The notes below the pieces were generated by a model. It saw nothing but the letters and a program-made list of their open reading frames with translations. It was not told where the DNA came from and did no database searches. Both the position numbers and the translations under genes were made by a program. Shown here in pieces: positions 17,307 through 25,616 of a DNA stretch of 56,643 bases. Numbering within the stretch: the first letter of the stretch is position 1; each line of letters opens with the position of its first letter. Where the stretch lies: the IMG/VR virus record IMGVR_UViG_3300033508_000293, positions 1-56,643 of that record; one strand, written 5' to 3'. Source of the DNA: a virus (lineage: Duplodnaviria > Caudoviricetes).

Positions 17307-18191
17307 TCATCTCTTCATTATAAAAAATGAATTTGCAGGACTTTGTGCTTTTACTGCTTCTTCTGTTTTAGTTAATAGTTCTGTTCCTTGTGAAATAATA
17401 TCAGCTGCATTATAGTTAAAATTTCCAGGCATTGTCATTGTTAAACGACCTAATGCTTCACCTAATCTTATCCTACTTAATGCAGTAATATAATCTTTAA
17501 ATAATTGATTATTAAATACTTCTTCTTGTTCAATTCTTATATAAACTTCTAACATAAAATCTGTTCTAACTTCATCAAGAATATGTAATCTATGATTTAG
17601 TGGGTTATAATTATACTTTGTATAATTCCTACTCATTTTATTTATTTCATCTGAAAATGCAGAAAGTATTTGTCTATAAACACCAAGTTCACCTACATTT
17701 GTAACAAAGGATGTTAAGAAAGGTTGATTGGTTACACCAAAATTAATAGATAAGTTAGGTGCTTGAATACCAATTCTAAATAAACTAGGGTCATTAATTT
17801 CAGTAATTCTCACTACATTTTCTACTTCTTCAGGCATAATAATATAACCTAATCTAGTAAATTGTTCATGTTTAAGAAAGTGTTTATCTAAATGGTAATA
17901 AGATTTCATTACAGCAAATTGATAATTTTTATAAAACCATTCAAGTGCTTTTTCTTTAATGATTCTTAAAATTTCACCATCTGGTAATACTTTAGGCATA
18001 AGTCCACTAAATGTTAAATCTGCTTGAACATAATCAACCATCATTTCAATGGTCATACTATTACTATTTACTTGGAAATTTTCTTGATAACCTTTGTATT
18101 GTTGTTGAACTTTATTATTTGCATCAATATAATTTGTATCTGGATTAGGATTAACTAAACCATAATTATAGTTATTTACATTTCTTGCCAT
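17307..18191 (-). CDS. T4 gp13-like neck (head-tail adaptor) protein
   Basis: C-terminus KDYITAL....LG..L.R....MPG...N...I...G......E follows the gp13 pattern VKDYATAL...G.IL.....LPGGVT. Confidence 0.7.
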   Translation of the reverse strand: MARNVNNYNYGLVNPNPDTNYIDANNKVQQQYKGYQENFQVNSNSMTIEMMVDYVQADLTFSGLMPKVLPDGEILRIIKEKALEWFYKNYQFAVMKSYYHLDKHFLKHEQFTRLGYIIMPEEVENVVRITEINDPSLFRIGIQAPNLSINFGVTNQPFLTSFVTNVGELGVYRQILSAFSDEINKMSRNYTKYNYNPLNHRLHILDEVRTDFMLEVYIRIEQEEVFNNQLFKDYITALSRIRLGEALGRLTMTMPGNFNYNAADIISQGTELLTKTEEAVKAQSPANSFFIMKR

Positions 18192-18256
18192 TAGGATAAT
18201 TATTTTTTATTTATATATAAAATTTTAATATATAGAAATAAATTAAATTAATTTTA

Positions 18257-19867
18257 ATGAAGAAAATATTATCTCATAATGAATTTTTATCTAATTTGAT
18301 ATTAGAAAAAGTTGAAAGTGGTGAATTACCATTTAAACTATCTGATAGATTAGTAGAACTATTAAAGAAAGTAAACCATAAAATAAAAGATAGATTATTA
18401 AATGATAATCATAATATAACATCTTCTAAATTTACTTTAGTTGATTATGATGATAATGATATTGATAAATTTACTTATTCAAATTCCCCTAAAATTATAG
18501 AATACATAACACAAAAAACGTTAACTGATAGTCATATTAAAAATGTAACTACATTTTTTGATTATACAGAACAAAATACTGATGAATCAATATGGAAACA
18601 AAATAGAACACCAATTAGAATTGGTAGATTTATAATTAAATTATATGGTGAAAATGCAGGATTTAGTAAAGAAGAAAGTACTGGTAATGAAGTTGAAACA
18701 TTTGCTAATTTAGTAATAGAAGTAAGACAAAAAGAAGTTATTCATAAAGATGAATTTAAAATTGTCGAAGGTGAAGATATTATTAAATATTATAATCAAG
18801 ATTCATATGAATCAGATGGTAAAGGTTCTACATTGTATGGTTCATGTATGAAATATGAATATTGTGCACCATATTTAGGTTTTTACATTCATAATAATAT
18901 TAAAGTTGTGGTATTAATGTCTGAAAAAGAAGAAGATAAAATAATAGGAAGAGCAGTATTATGGAATATTGATGAAATTGATGGTGAAAAAGTAGATAGA
19001 AAATTTTTAGATAGAATCTATGTTGTTAAATCACAAGATATGGGAAAATTTAAAGAATTGGCTAGAAAAAATGGTTGGTTATATAAATCAAAACAAGATA
19101 TGTGGGATACAACAGATATAGTAGATTCAAAAGATGGTAGTGTAGGTAGAAAAATATTAAAAGTAAATAATATAAAAGGTTATAAATCATATCCTTATAT
19201 GGATACATTAAAATATTTTAATCTAACTGATAATTTTCTTACTAATAGTGATACAATAGAACATAATTATGTATTAGAAGATCCAGATGGTGGATATGTT
19301 GATGGTGATGAACAATATGTATTTAATCAATATCATAATAAACTTATGAATATTAATGATTTAGTTTGGTGTGAATTTGAAGGTAGGTCTTTAGCAAAAG
19401 AAGAAGTTGAACATTCTAAATATTTAGAAATATGGGCATCAATAGAATTTGCTGCTGAAAATTGGGTTTATTCTAAAATTCAACAAGATTGGTTTCCTAA
19501 AGATGATAATAAAATTATTTATATTGAAACTAAAGATGATTATGTAACATCATATTATGCAGATAAAAATTATATATTTTGTGAATATGACCATAATTAT
19601 TATGACCATGATGATTGTGTTCCTTCTGAACAATGGAGATGTGTTCCACATGAAGATTGTGTTAGGGTTATTACAGATAGTAGTATAGATTTTGATGAAT
19701 TTGATGATGAAAATATGATGGAAATATGGGATGATGTTGATAATAGATATAAAGATGATGGTACTTATTTCACTATCCATGACCCTATAAGAAACAAGGA
19801 TTGGAACTTTGATAATTCACTTAAAAATAGTCAAATAGTTGATAACATAAAAAAAGGGGTTGTTTAA
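18257..19867 (+). CDS. conserved phage-type protein (SCM / GRAVLW / DRIY / PYMDT motifs) with leader
   Basis: Motif set typical of a large-phage hypothetical family; acidic Cys-containing C-terminal region; leader MKKILSHNEF....ILE. Confidence 0.65.
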   Translation: MKKILSHNEFLSNLILEKVESGELPFKLSDRLVELLKKVNHKIKDRLLNDNHNITSSKFTLVDYDDNDIDKFTYSNSPKIIEYITQKTLTDSHIKNVTTFFDYTEQNTDESIWKQNRTPIRIGRFIIKLYGENAGFSKEESTGNEVETFANLVIEVRQKEVIHKDEFKIVEGEDIIKYYNQDSYESDGKGSTLYGSCMKYEYCAPYLGFYIHNNIKVVVLMSEKEEDKIIGRAVLWNIDEIDGEKVDRKFLDRIYVVKSQDMGKFKELARKNGWLYKSKQDMWDTTDIVDSKDGSVGRKILKVNNIKGYKSYPYMDTLKYFNLTDNFLTNSDTIEHNYVLEDPDGGYVDGDEQYVFNQYHNKLMNINDLVWCEFEGRSLAKEEVEHSKYLEIWASIEFAAENWVYSKIQQDWFPKDDNKIIYIETKDDYVTSYYADKNYIFCEYDHNYYDHDDCVPSEQWRCVPHEDCVRVITDSSIDFDEFDDENMMEIWDDVDNRYKDDGTYFTIHDPIRNKDWNFDNSLKNSQIVDNIKKGVV

Positions 19868-19875
19868 ACCCCTTT
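19853..19875. terminator. bidirectional terminator
   Basis: AAAGGGGTT-N5-AACCCCTTT between convergent genes. Confidence 0.75.
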
Positions 19876-19881
19876 AATTTT

Positions 19882-20523
19882 TTACTTAGATTCTTCATCC
19901 TTTTTATATTCATCCATTAAATTATCTAATTTAACTGATTTAGACATACGATAGCTTGTTGACGCAAAACTTACACCTTTATAAGCATCTTTTAATCCAT
20001 CTGAATCATTAGTAAAAGCATATGAATTACCTTTTGAAATCCCCATAGATTCTGCATTAGTAGATGCATCTTCATTTGCTGCAAGGAAAATAAATTCCCA
20101 TTTGAAATCTTCTTTCATTTCACCAATAAGTTTTTTAATACTATCTTTGGTAAATGATTTACTTGAATTTTCATAACCATCTGTTAATATAACACATAAT
20201 GTTTTTTCAGGTCTTTCATCAACTGGTAAATTACCTAATTTATCAATTTCATAATTTATTGTTTTTCCAATTGCATCATATAAACTAGTTCCCCCATTAG
20301 GTACATAATTATTTTTATCTAAATATTGACAATTTTGAATATCTAAATCTTCATATAATGTTTGATACAAAGTACTGAATAATACTGTTGTAACTAATGC
20401 TTCACCTTCTACCTTTTTTTGATCATGTAGAAATTCATTAAAACCACTTATTGCTGAATCAATAATATCATCCATTGAACCGGATTTATCTATAATATTT
20501 ACTAATTTTGTATAATTTTTCAT
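19882..20523 (-). CDS. von Willebrand factor A (vWA) domain protein
   Basis: MIDAS DKSGS, GGTSLYDAIG, ILTDG.EN.S; start reassigned to MKNYTK. Confidence 0.88.
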   Translation of the reverse strand: MKNYTKLVNIIDKSGSMDDIIDSAISGFNEFLHDQKKVEGEALVTTVLFSTLYQTLYEDLDIQNCQYLDKNNYVPNGGTSLYDAIGKTINYEIDKLGNLPVDERPEKTLCVILTDGYENSSKSFTKDSIKKLIGEMKEDFKWEFIFLAANEDASTNAESMGISKGNSYAFTNDSDGLKDAYKGVSFASTSYRMSKSVKLDNLMDEYKKDEESK

Positions 20524-20557
20524 TTTGTTTTGTATTATTTTTATAATTCTTTTGGAA

Positions 20558-21391
20558 TTAGATTTTTTCACCACATTTTGGACAAAATTGCCAACTATCA
20601 TTTCTCAACCTATAACGACATTGTGTACAATAATCTCTTACTTCTTTAGTATAAGAATTTTTTTCTGACATAGGTTTAAGATTGTACATAATAGTGTGAA
20701 ATGCATATGATTGAAATTGAATATCAACAGATTTAAAACCTTGGTCTGATTGACCACCTTTTTCAACTCTTCCGGTTTCTTTTAAAGATTTCTTAAATCT
20801 TTTTGTTGATTTTACTTCTGGTTGTGAATCAGATACAAAACTTAAATCTGATTCAGATGCATAAATACCAGGTGATTTGTACGTACCACTCATATTAGTG
20901 CTAGTAAGAAATACATTATTAGTGGTTAAAGTTGAACCTTGACCACCAGCAAAAGTATTAGTTCCACCAAAATTAGTACCCATACCTTGTAAATTGTACA
21001 ATGTAGTGTAAGCATGTGTAATTTGTTCTTTGAAAAATCTAAGTTCAATTTTTCCATTGTTAGCAACTGCATTTACTGCAGCTTGATTTCCATCATCATA
21101 CTTATATGTTTCAAATAGCATCTTACGTTGTTCATCAAGAAATCTATCAACAACAACGTCTTCTCCTGGATTTAAAACTAATAAGTTTTGTGAAGTTTTA
21201 CCATTAATTGATACTTGTGCACCAATTTTTTCTGATAAGGGGTTAAATAAACGGATTTGAAATTCATCTCCATTGTTAAGGAAAATATCATTTCCTTGGT
21301 AAGTTTTAAGTTCATCTAATGAACTTGTACGAGGATTCCTCGCAAGGATAATAGCCGAAGGCATACTATCCGCTAAACGGTAGTGCGTCAT
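20558..21391 (-). CDS. hypothetical beta-rich protein with C-terminal zinc ribbon
   Basis: CTQC...FCPKCG at the C-terminus; low-complexity Gly/Thr linker. Confidence 0.75.
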   Translation of the reverse strand: MTHYRLADSMPSAIILARNPRTSSLDELKTYQGNDIFLNNGDEFQIRLFNPLSEKIGAQVSINGKTSQNLLVLNPGEDVVVDRFLDEQRKMLFETYKYDDGNQAAVNAVANNGKIELRFFKEQITHAYTTLYNLQGMGTNFGGTNTFAGGQGSTLTTNNVFLTSTNMSGTYKSPGIYASESDLSFVSDSQPEVKSTKRFKKSLKETGRVEKGGQSDQGFKSVDIQFQSYAFHTIMYNLKPMSEKNSYTKEVRDYCTQCRYRLRNDSWQFCPKCGEKI

Positions 21392-21484
21392 AATTTTTTA
21401 TTTATTTTTTATTTTTGAGTTGCAAATTTCTTTTTTGCCTTTCGACAAATCAAAGCCTTAAAAAAGACTCGAAACCAACAAAAC
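21325..21484 (-). ncRNA. candidate structured leader RNA overlapping the start of 20558..21391
   Basis: Hairpins GAGUCUU-UUUU-AAGGCUU and UUUGUC-GAAA-GGCAAA closed by GUUUC/GAAAU, plus two more stems in the first codons. Confidence 0.45.
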
Positions 21485-21524
21485 CAAAATTATATTACTA
21501 TATATTTAAAATATAAAGCCGATT

Positions 21525-21866
21525 TTATGTTATTTTTTCTTTAATACTAATTAATTTTAATTTTCTTTCAATATGTCTTACTATTTCTTTTGCTTCATCA
21601 TTTTTAGAATTAGCTATTAATTTATATATTTTTAATAATTCATTTTCTAAAACACCAGTATTACCTACAATACTTGGTGGTGGATATACACATTCTACTT
21701 TAGTTTCTGTTTCAGATGGTAGGTAATATATTCTAACATCTTTATTAACATCTTTATACATATCTTGATAATTATTAATAAATTGTGACATAGTTTGATG
21801 AACATGTTGTTGGTTCATATGACTAACATTAATATAGACTGCTAATATTATTAAATCTTTTTCCAT
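21525..21866 (-). CDS. hypothetical protein with C-terminal RxxKLxxI tail
   Basis: Ends IERKLKLISIKEKIT. Confidence 0.65.
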   Translation of the reverse strand: MEKDLIILAVYINVSHMNQQHVHQTMSQFINNYQDMYKDVNKDVRIYYLPSETETKVECVYPPPSIVGNTGVLENELLKIYKLIANSKNDEAKEIVRHIERKLKLISIKEKIT

Positions 21867-22036
21867 ATTATTGATTTTATTTTAAGTTCACAACCTTCTT
21901 TATTTGATTTAGTTACTTCTTCAATTAATTCATCAACTGCATCTGCATATTTATCTGATTTTGATTGAAAAAAACCATCATATCTTGATGATGTTCCATG
22001 CTCAACATGGAATGTAAATCCTATTAATCTATTCAT
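21851..22036 (-). CDS. hypothetical protein
   Basis: Small ORF in operon spacing. Confidence 0.55.
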   Translation of the reverse strand: MNRLIGFTFHVEHGTSSRYDGFFQSKSDKYADAVDELIEEVTKSNKEGCELKIKSIIWKKI

Positions 22037-22040
22037 AATT

Positions 22041-22499
22041 TTAAGCTAATTTTTTATCTTTTATTAAATTTCTAATAAATAAATTCTTTTCACCACCAAT
22101 TTTTTCTACCCATTCAAAATAATTATTAGGAAAAGATGGATCAAAATCTGGATATGTTTCATAATCCCATACTCTTTCATCTGCTAAAAAACATATTGCT
22201 GTTAATGCAGAATTAATATCTGGTTCATAAAATACAGTATGGTGAATTCCAATATTTTTAATATCCCTATAAATTTCATTCATAGTACCAAGTGGATTTC
22301 CTAAATGTCCATCATTAGATGTACCACCATTTAATACTATCCAAGTTTTATCATAAATGAAGAAACTCTTATAATCTTCATCATCATGATACTTATAATC
22401 ATATTCTTCAGAAGCATGTCCTGCTTGTATCATCTTTTGTTTATCTGATAAGTTGTAAGGTACAAAGCAGTACTTTTTAAATTTTAATCTTTTTTCCAT
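22041..22499 (-). CDS. Pth2-like peptidyl-tRNA hydrolase
   Basis: Y.FV...LS..Q..IQAGHA, T.IVL, FYEPDI...LTAI. Confidence 0.7.
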   Translation of the reverse strand: MEKRLKFKKYCFVPYNLSDKQKMIQAGHASEEYDYKYHDDEDYKSFFIYDKTWIVLNGGTSNDGHLGNPLGTMNEIYRDIKNIGIHHTVFYEPDINSALTAICFLADERVWDYETYPDFDPSFPNNYFEWVEKIGGEKNLFIRNLIKDKKLA

Positions 22500-22503
22500 A
22501 TTT

Positions 22504-24021
22504 TTATCCTAATTCTTTTTCTAATTTTTCTAATTCATTTTGTAATTCTTTTAATTCTTCATTGGCTTTCATCATAATATTCTTATATTTCTTACGTTCT
22601 TTATAAATATCAGCCATCACATTTTTAACAACACCATCTTCATTTTTAAATACTGCCCCATTTAAAGTAATGATATCATCTTTTTCTAATTTTATCTTAT
22701 GTCCATTAAAAGAAGAATAAACATCCTCACCATCACGTAATTTTTTGATAATACTATACACATCTTTTCCTTTTTCTTTGATTAAAACCCCTTTAAATGA
22801 ATCAGAACTGATATTAAATTGTCTCATGGTTGTAGGATAAAGAGAAGCAAAATCATAACATGTTGTCCAAGTACTCATACCTTCAATTGGATCTTTAACC
22901 CAACCACCTTTTACATTCATATCAGAAGATGTGTCACTACTTGCATCTCTTTTAGTATCATCTTTTACAAAGACTACATTTTTTTCATCCCTCATTTTAC
23001 TTCTTAAAATACCTTCTGTAACAGGAAGTGTATTAAATCCATCTAAAGTTTTAATTTTTGATAATGTTGATATACCATAAAGAATATCAACATATCTCAT
23101 TTTTTCATGTATTTGTTGAACAAGAGCAGAGTCAATTGCATTGTACATAACAAATTTCTGATAATCATTAGCATATAAATATTTAAGATTACCTTCATAA
23201 TTTACTTTCTTAACCCCTATAACTCTTTCAGATACAAAATCTAAACTTGATGATTCTTTTACTTTTACTGATGTATCCCACTTCTCATAAAGTTCCATAT
23301 AATCAACTATAATTCTATGAGCTGGCATTTCAGATTGGTCATTTTGTAACCAAGATTCCCTTAAAACACCTGTAAAAGATGCAACAGTTGGATCACCACC
23401 AATATTTCTAAATCTATTAACCAAAAATACCCAGTCATATTGGATGAAATTCCATCCGGTCATTACTGCCATTTTTGGAACCATTAATTTAAAAAAGTTT
23501 AATAACATATCATATTCACTTTCATAATATTTATACATGAATTGATAATTGGTATGTAATTTTTCAAAGTGATTATTTATACCATCTTGAATAGATTCTG
23601 ATTGTGATTTAGTTATTTTTTTAGTTCCTAATACTAATACTTTATCTTTATTAACAACTGAAATACTTTGAATAGCAGATTCTGCTGATTTTGGATCCAC
23701 TTTTTTATCAATAATTTCATTTTCTATATCTATGAAAAATATATTAGGTTCTTTATAATCAAAAATATCTTTCTTTTCATCATCTGGTAATCTATCCAAG
23801 AAGTCATAAATAGAATATCTATTCGGTCTATTAGAATATATTTCTTTCACATTCTTTCCGTCCCATGTAACAAATCGTCCGCTGCGATCTTTATCATCAT
23901 CTTCGCAAACAATAAATTTTGTAGGATTATTCCAAGGGTAATATTTTAACTTTATATTTCCATAATCATCTATATAGCTGATTATCAATTTTTTATTTCT
24001 ATATTCTGTATCTACCAACAT
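22504..24021 (-). CDS. family-B DNA polymerase, N-terminal subunit (exonuclease + motif A; split gene)
   Basis: ExoI FIDIE, ExoII GWN...YD, ExoIII YNAID, GGWV, motif A DFASLYP, ERKKYK; stops before motifs B (K..NS.YG) and C (YGDTD). Confidence 0.9.
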   Translation of the reverse strand: MLVDTEYRNKKLIISYIDDYGNIKLKYYPWNNPTKFIVCEDDDKDRSGRFVTWDGKNVKEIYSNRPNRYSIYDFLDRLPDDEKKDIFDYKEPNIFFIDIENEIIDKKVDPKSAESAIQSISVVNKDKVLVLGTKKITKSQSESIQDGINNHFEKLHTNYQFMYKYYESEYDMLLNFFKLMVPKMAVMTGWNFIQYDWVFLVNRFRNIGGDPTVASFTGVLRESWLQNDQSEMPAHRIIVDYMELYEKWDTSVKVKESSSLDFVSERVIGVKKVNYEGNLKYLYANDYQKFVMYNAIDSALVQQIHEKMRYVDILYGISTLSKIKTLDGFNTLPVTEGILRSKMRDEKNVVFVKDDTKRDASSDTSSDMNVKGGWVKDPIEGMSTWTTCYDFASLYPTTMRQFNISSDSFKGVLIKEKGKDVYSIIKKLRDGEDVYSSFNGHKIKLEKDDIITLNGAVFKNEDGVVKNVMADIYKERKKYKNIMMKANEELKELQNELEKLEKELG

Positions 24022-24042
24022 TCAACACTTTACATTATTTTT

Positions 24043-24213
24043 TTAAGTATTTAAACCTTTTTTCTCAATATCTTCTTTAATTAATTTTTCAATATACCTT
24101 GAACGTTTTAAATTATTTTTTTGAAGATATTCAGTTAATAGTATATCCAACTCTTTATCAATAGTTATACCTATTTTTGGTTTTTTTTCATCATCATTTA
24201 ATTTTTTCCTCAT
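24043..24213 (-). CDS. ribbon-helix-helix DNA-binding protein (not in ORF track)
   Basis: MRKKLNDDEKKPKIGITIDKELDILLTEYLQKNNFKRSRYIEKLIKEDIEKKGLNT: alternating beta-strand IGITID, helix, then RSRYIE.LI. Confidence 0.72.
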   Translation of the reverse strand: MRKKLNDDEKKPKIGITIDKELDILLTEYLQKNNLKRSRYIEKLIKEDIEKKGLNT

Positions 24214-24335
24214 ATGATATGTTTTTAATATTTATATACTCAAAAAAATATTTTGTTTATTTTATGAAAAAATATGAAAAATGATACTTTTTGGGTTTTA
24301 ATTATTTATATATAATAGAAAAGAAAGTTTAAATT

Positions 24336-24482
24336 ATGAAAAAAGAAATAACAAAAATTAAGAGAACAATATCTATTGATAAGAAATTAGATATAGTTAT
24401 GGAAAATTTAATGATAAATAAAAGCAAATACATAGAATGGTTAATAATACAAGATATGACAAAAAATGATTTATATAAATAA
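24336..24482 (+). CDS. ribbon-helix-helix DNA-binding protein (not in ORF track)
   Basis: MKKEITKIKRTISIDKKLDIVMENLMINKSKYIEWLIIQDMTKNDLYK; paralogous to 24043..24213; TATATA box upstream. Confidence 0.7.
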   Translation: MKKEITKIKRTISIDKKLDIVMENLMINKSKYIEWLIIQDMTKNDLYK

Positions 24483-24483
24483 T

Positions 24484-25545
24484 ATGGAAAAGAATAAATT
24501 AGAAAATTTAATAGAAAGAGGAAATATTATATTTAATAATAAATATGATTATTCTCTATTTAAATATATAAATAATAAAACAAAAGGAATAATAATATGT
24601 CCTATTCATGGTAAATTTGAAAAAAGACCTGATGTACATTTAATTCAAAAACAAGGATGTCCAAGATGTAGTAAAGTTAATAATTATGAAGATTTTCTTG
24701 TAAAATCAAATAAGATACATAAAAATAGTTATGAATATGAAGAATTTATATGGAAATCATCAAAAACTTATATTAATATATATTGCAAAAATCACAAAGG
24801 ATTTTTTAATATGAGAATAAATGATCATTTAAATGGAACTGGTTGTTCAATTTGTAACAGAAATGTATTAACTAATAATATATTTTATAATAATATACAT
24901 AAAATACATAATTATAAATATGATTATTCTAAATTAAATTTTAGAATTGGTTCTGATATAGGAATAATAATATGCCCAATACATGGTGAATTTAAACAAA
25001 TAGTTACAGAACATTATAATGGTTGTGGTTGTCCTAAGTGTGTAGGAAAAAATAAGACAACTGACGAATTTATTAAAGAATCTAATTTAATTCATAATAA
25101 TAAATATATGTATCCTGTTGATTATATAAGTTCTTCTATAAAAATTAAAATAATATGTCCAATACACAGTGAATTTAGACAAACACCAAATAAACATTTA
25201 AGTGGTCAAGGTTGTCCAAAATGCAAAGAAAGTAAAGGTGAAAAACAAATCACAAAGATATTAAATGAGAAAAATATACAATATGAAACACAAAAAACTT
25301 TTGAAGGATGTAAATATAAAGGATTATTAAAATTTGATTTTTATTTACCGAATATTAATACTTGTATTGAATTTGATGGTGAACAACATTTTAGAAATTT
25401 TAAATTTGAAAAAACTGATGAAAAATTAAAAATAAGACAATTAAGAGACAAAATAAAAACTGACTATTGTGAAGATAATAATATAAGATTAATTAGAATT
25501 AAATATAATGATAATATTATAGAAAAATTAGATTTTATTAAATAA
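24484..25545 (+). CDS. homing-endonuclease-like protein (4 zinc repeats + PD-(D/E)XK domain)
   Basis: Same repeat family as 11904; KFDFYL...CIEFDGEQH; start MEKNK is 1 nt after the RHH stop. Confidence 0.8.
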   Translation: MEKNKLENLIERGNIIFNNKYDYSLFKYINNKTKGIIICPIHGKFEKRPDVHLIQKQGCPRCSKVNNYEDFLVKSNKIHKNSYEYEEFIWKSSKTYINIYCKNHKGFFNMRINDHLNGTGCSICNRNVLTNNIFYNNIHKIHNYKYDYSKLNFRIGSDIGIIICPIHGEFKQIVTEHYNGCGCPKCVGKNKTTDEFIKESNLIHNNKYMYPVDYISSSIKIKIICPIHSEFRQTPNKHLSGQGCPKCKESKGEKQITKILNEKNIQYETQKTFEGCKYKGLLKFDFYLPNINTCIEFDGEQHFRNFKFEKTDEKLKIRQLRDKIKTDYCEDNNIRLIRIKYNDNIIEKLDFIK

Positions 25546-25612
25546 AAAACCACTTAAAGTAGCGAATTTTAAGTGGTTCATAGCCATAGCTATAGACGGT
25601 CCTAATCCGTAT
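25546..25612 (-). ncRNA. three-hairpin 3' element ending in an intrinsic terminator
   Basis: ACGG-AUUAGGA-CCGU, AUAGC-UAUG-GCUAU, AACCACUUAAA-loop-UUUAAGUGGUU plus U-run. Confidence 0.5.
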
Positions 25613-25616
25613 GTTT

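Noticed and set aside
21412-21484. Hammerhead ribozyme (three-way junction with UC...UGAU...GAAA)
   Set aside because: The core reads UUGAUUU rather than CUGANGA, and extra As separate stem II from GAAA.
25590-25612. Pistol ribozyme (P1 loop containing UUAGG)
   Set aside because: No downstream CCUAA pseudoknot partner or pistol core outside the terminator stem.
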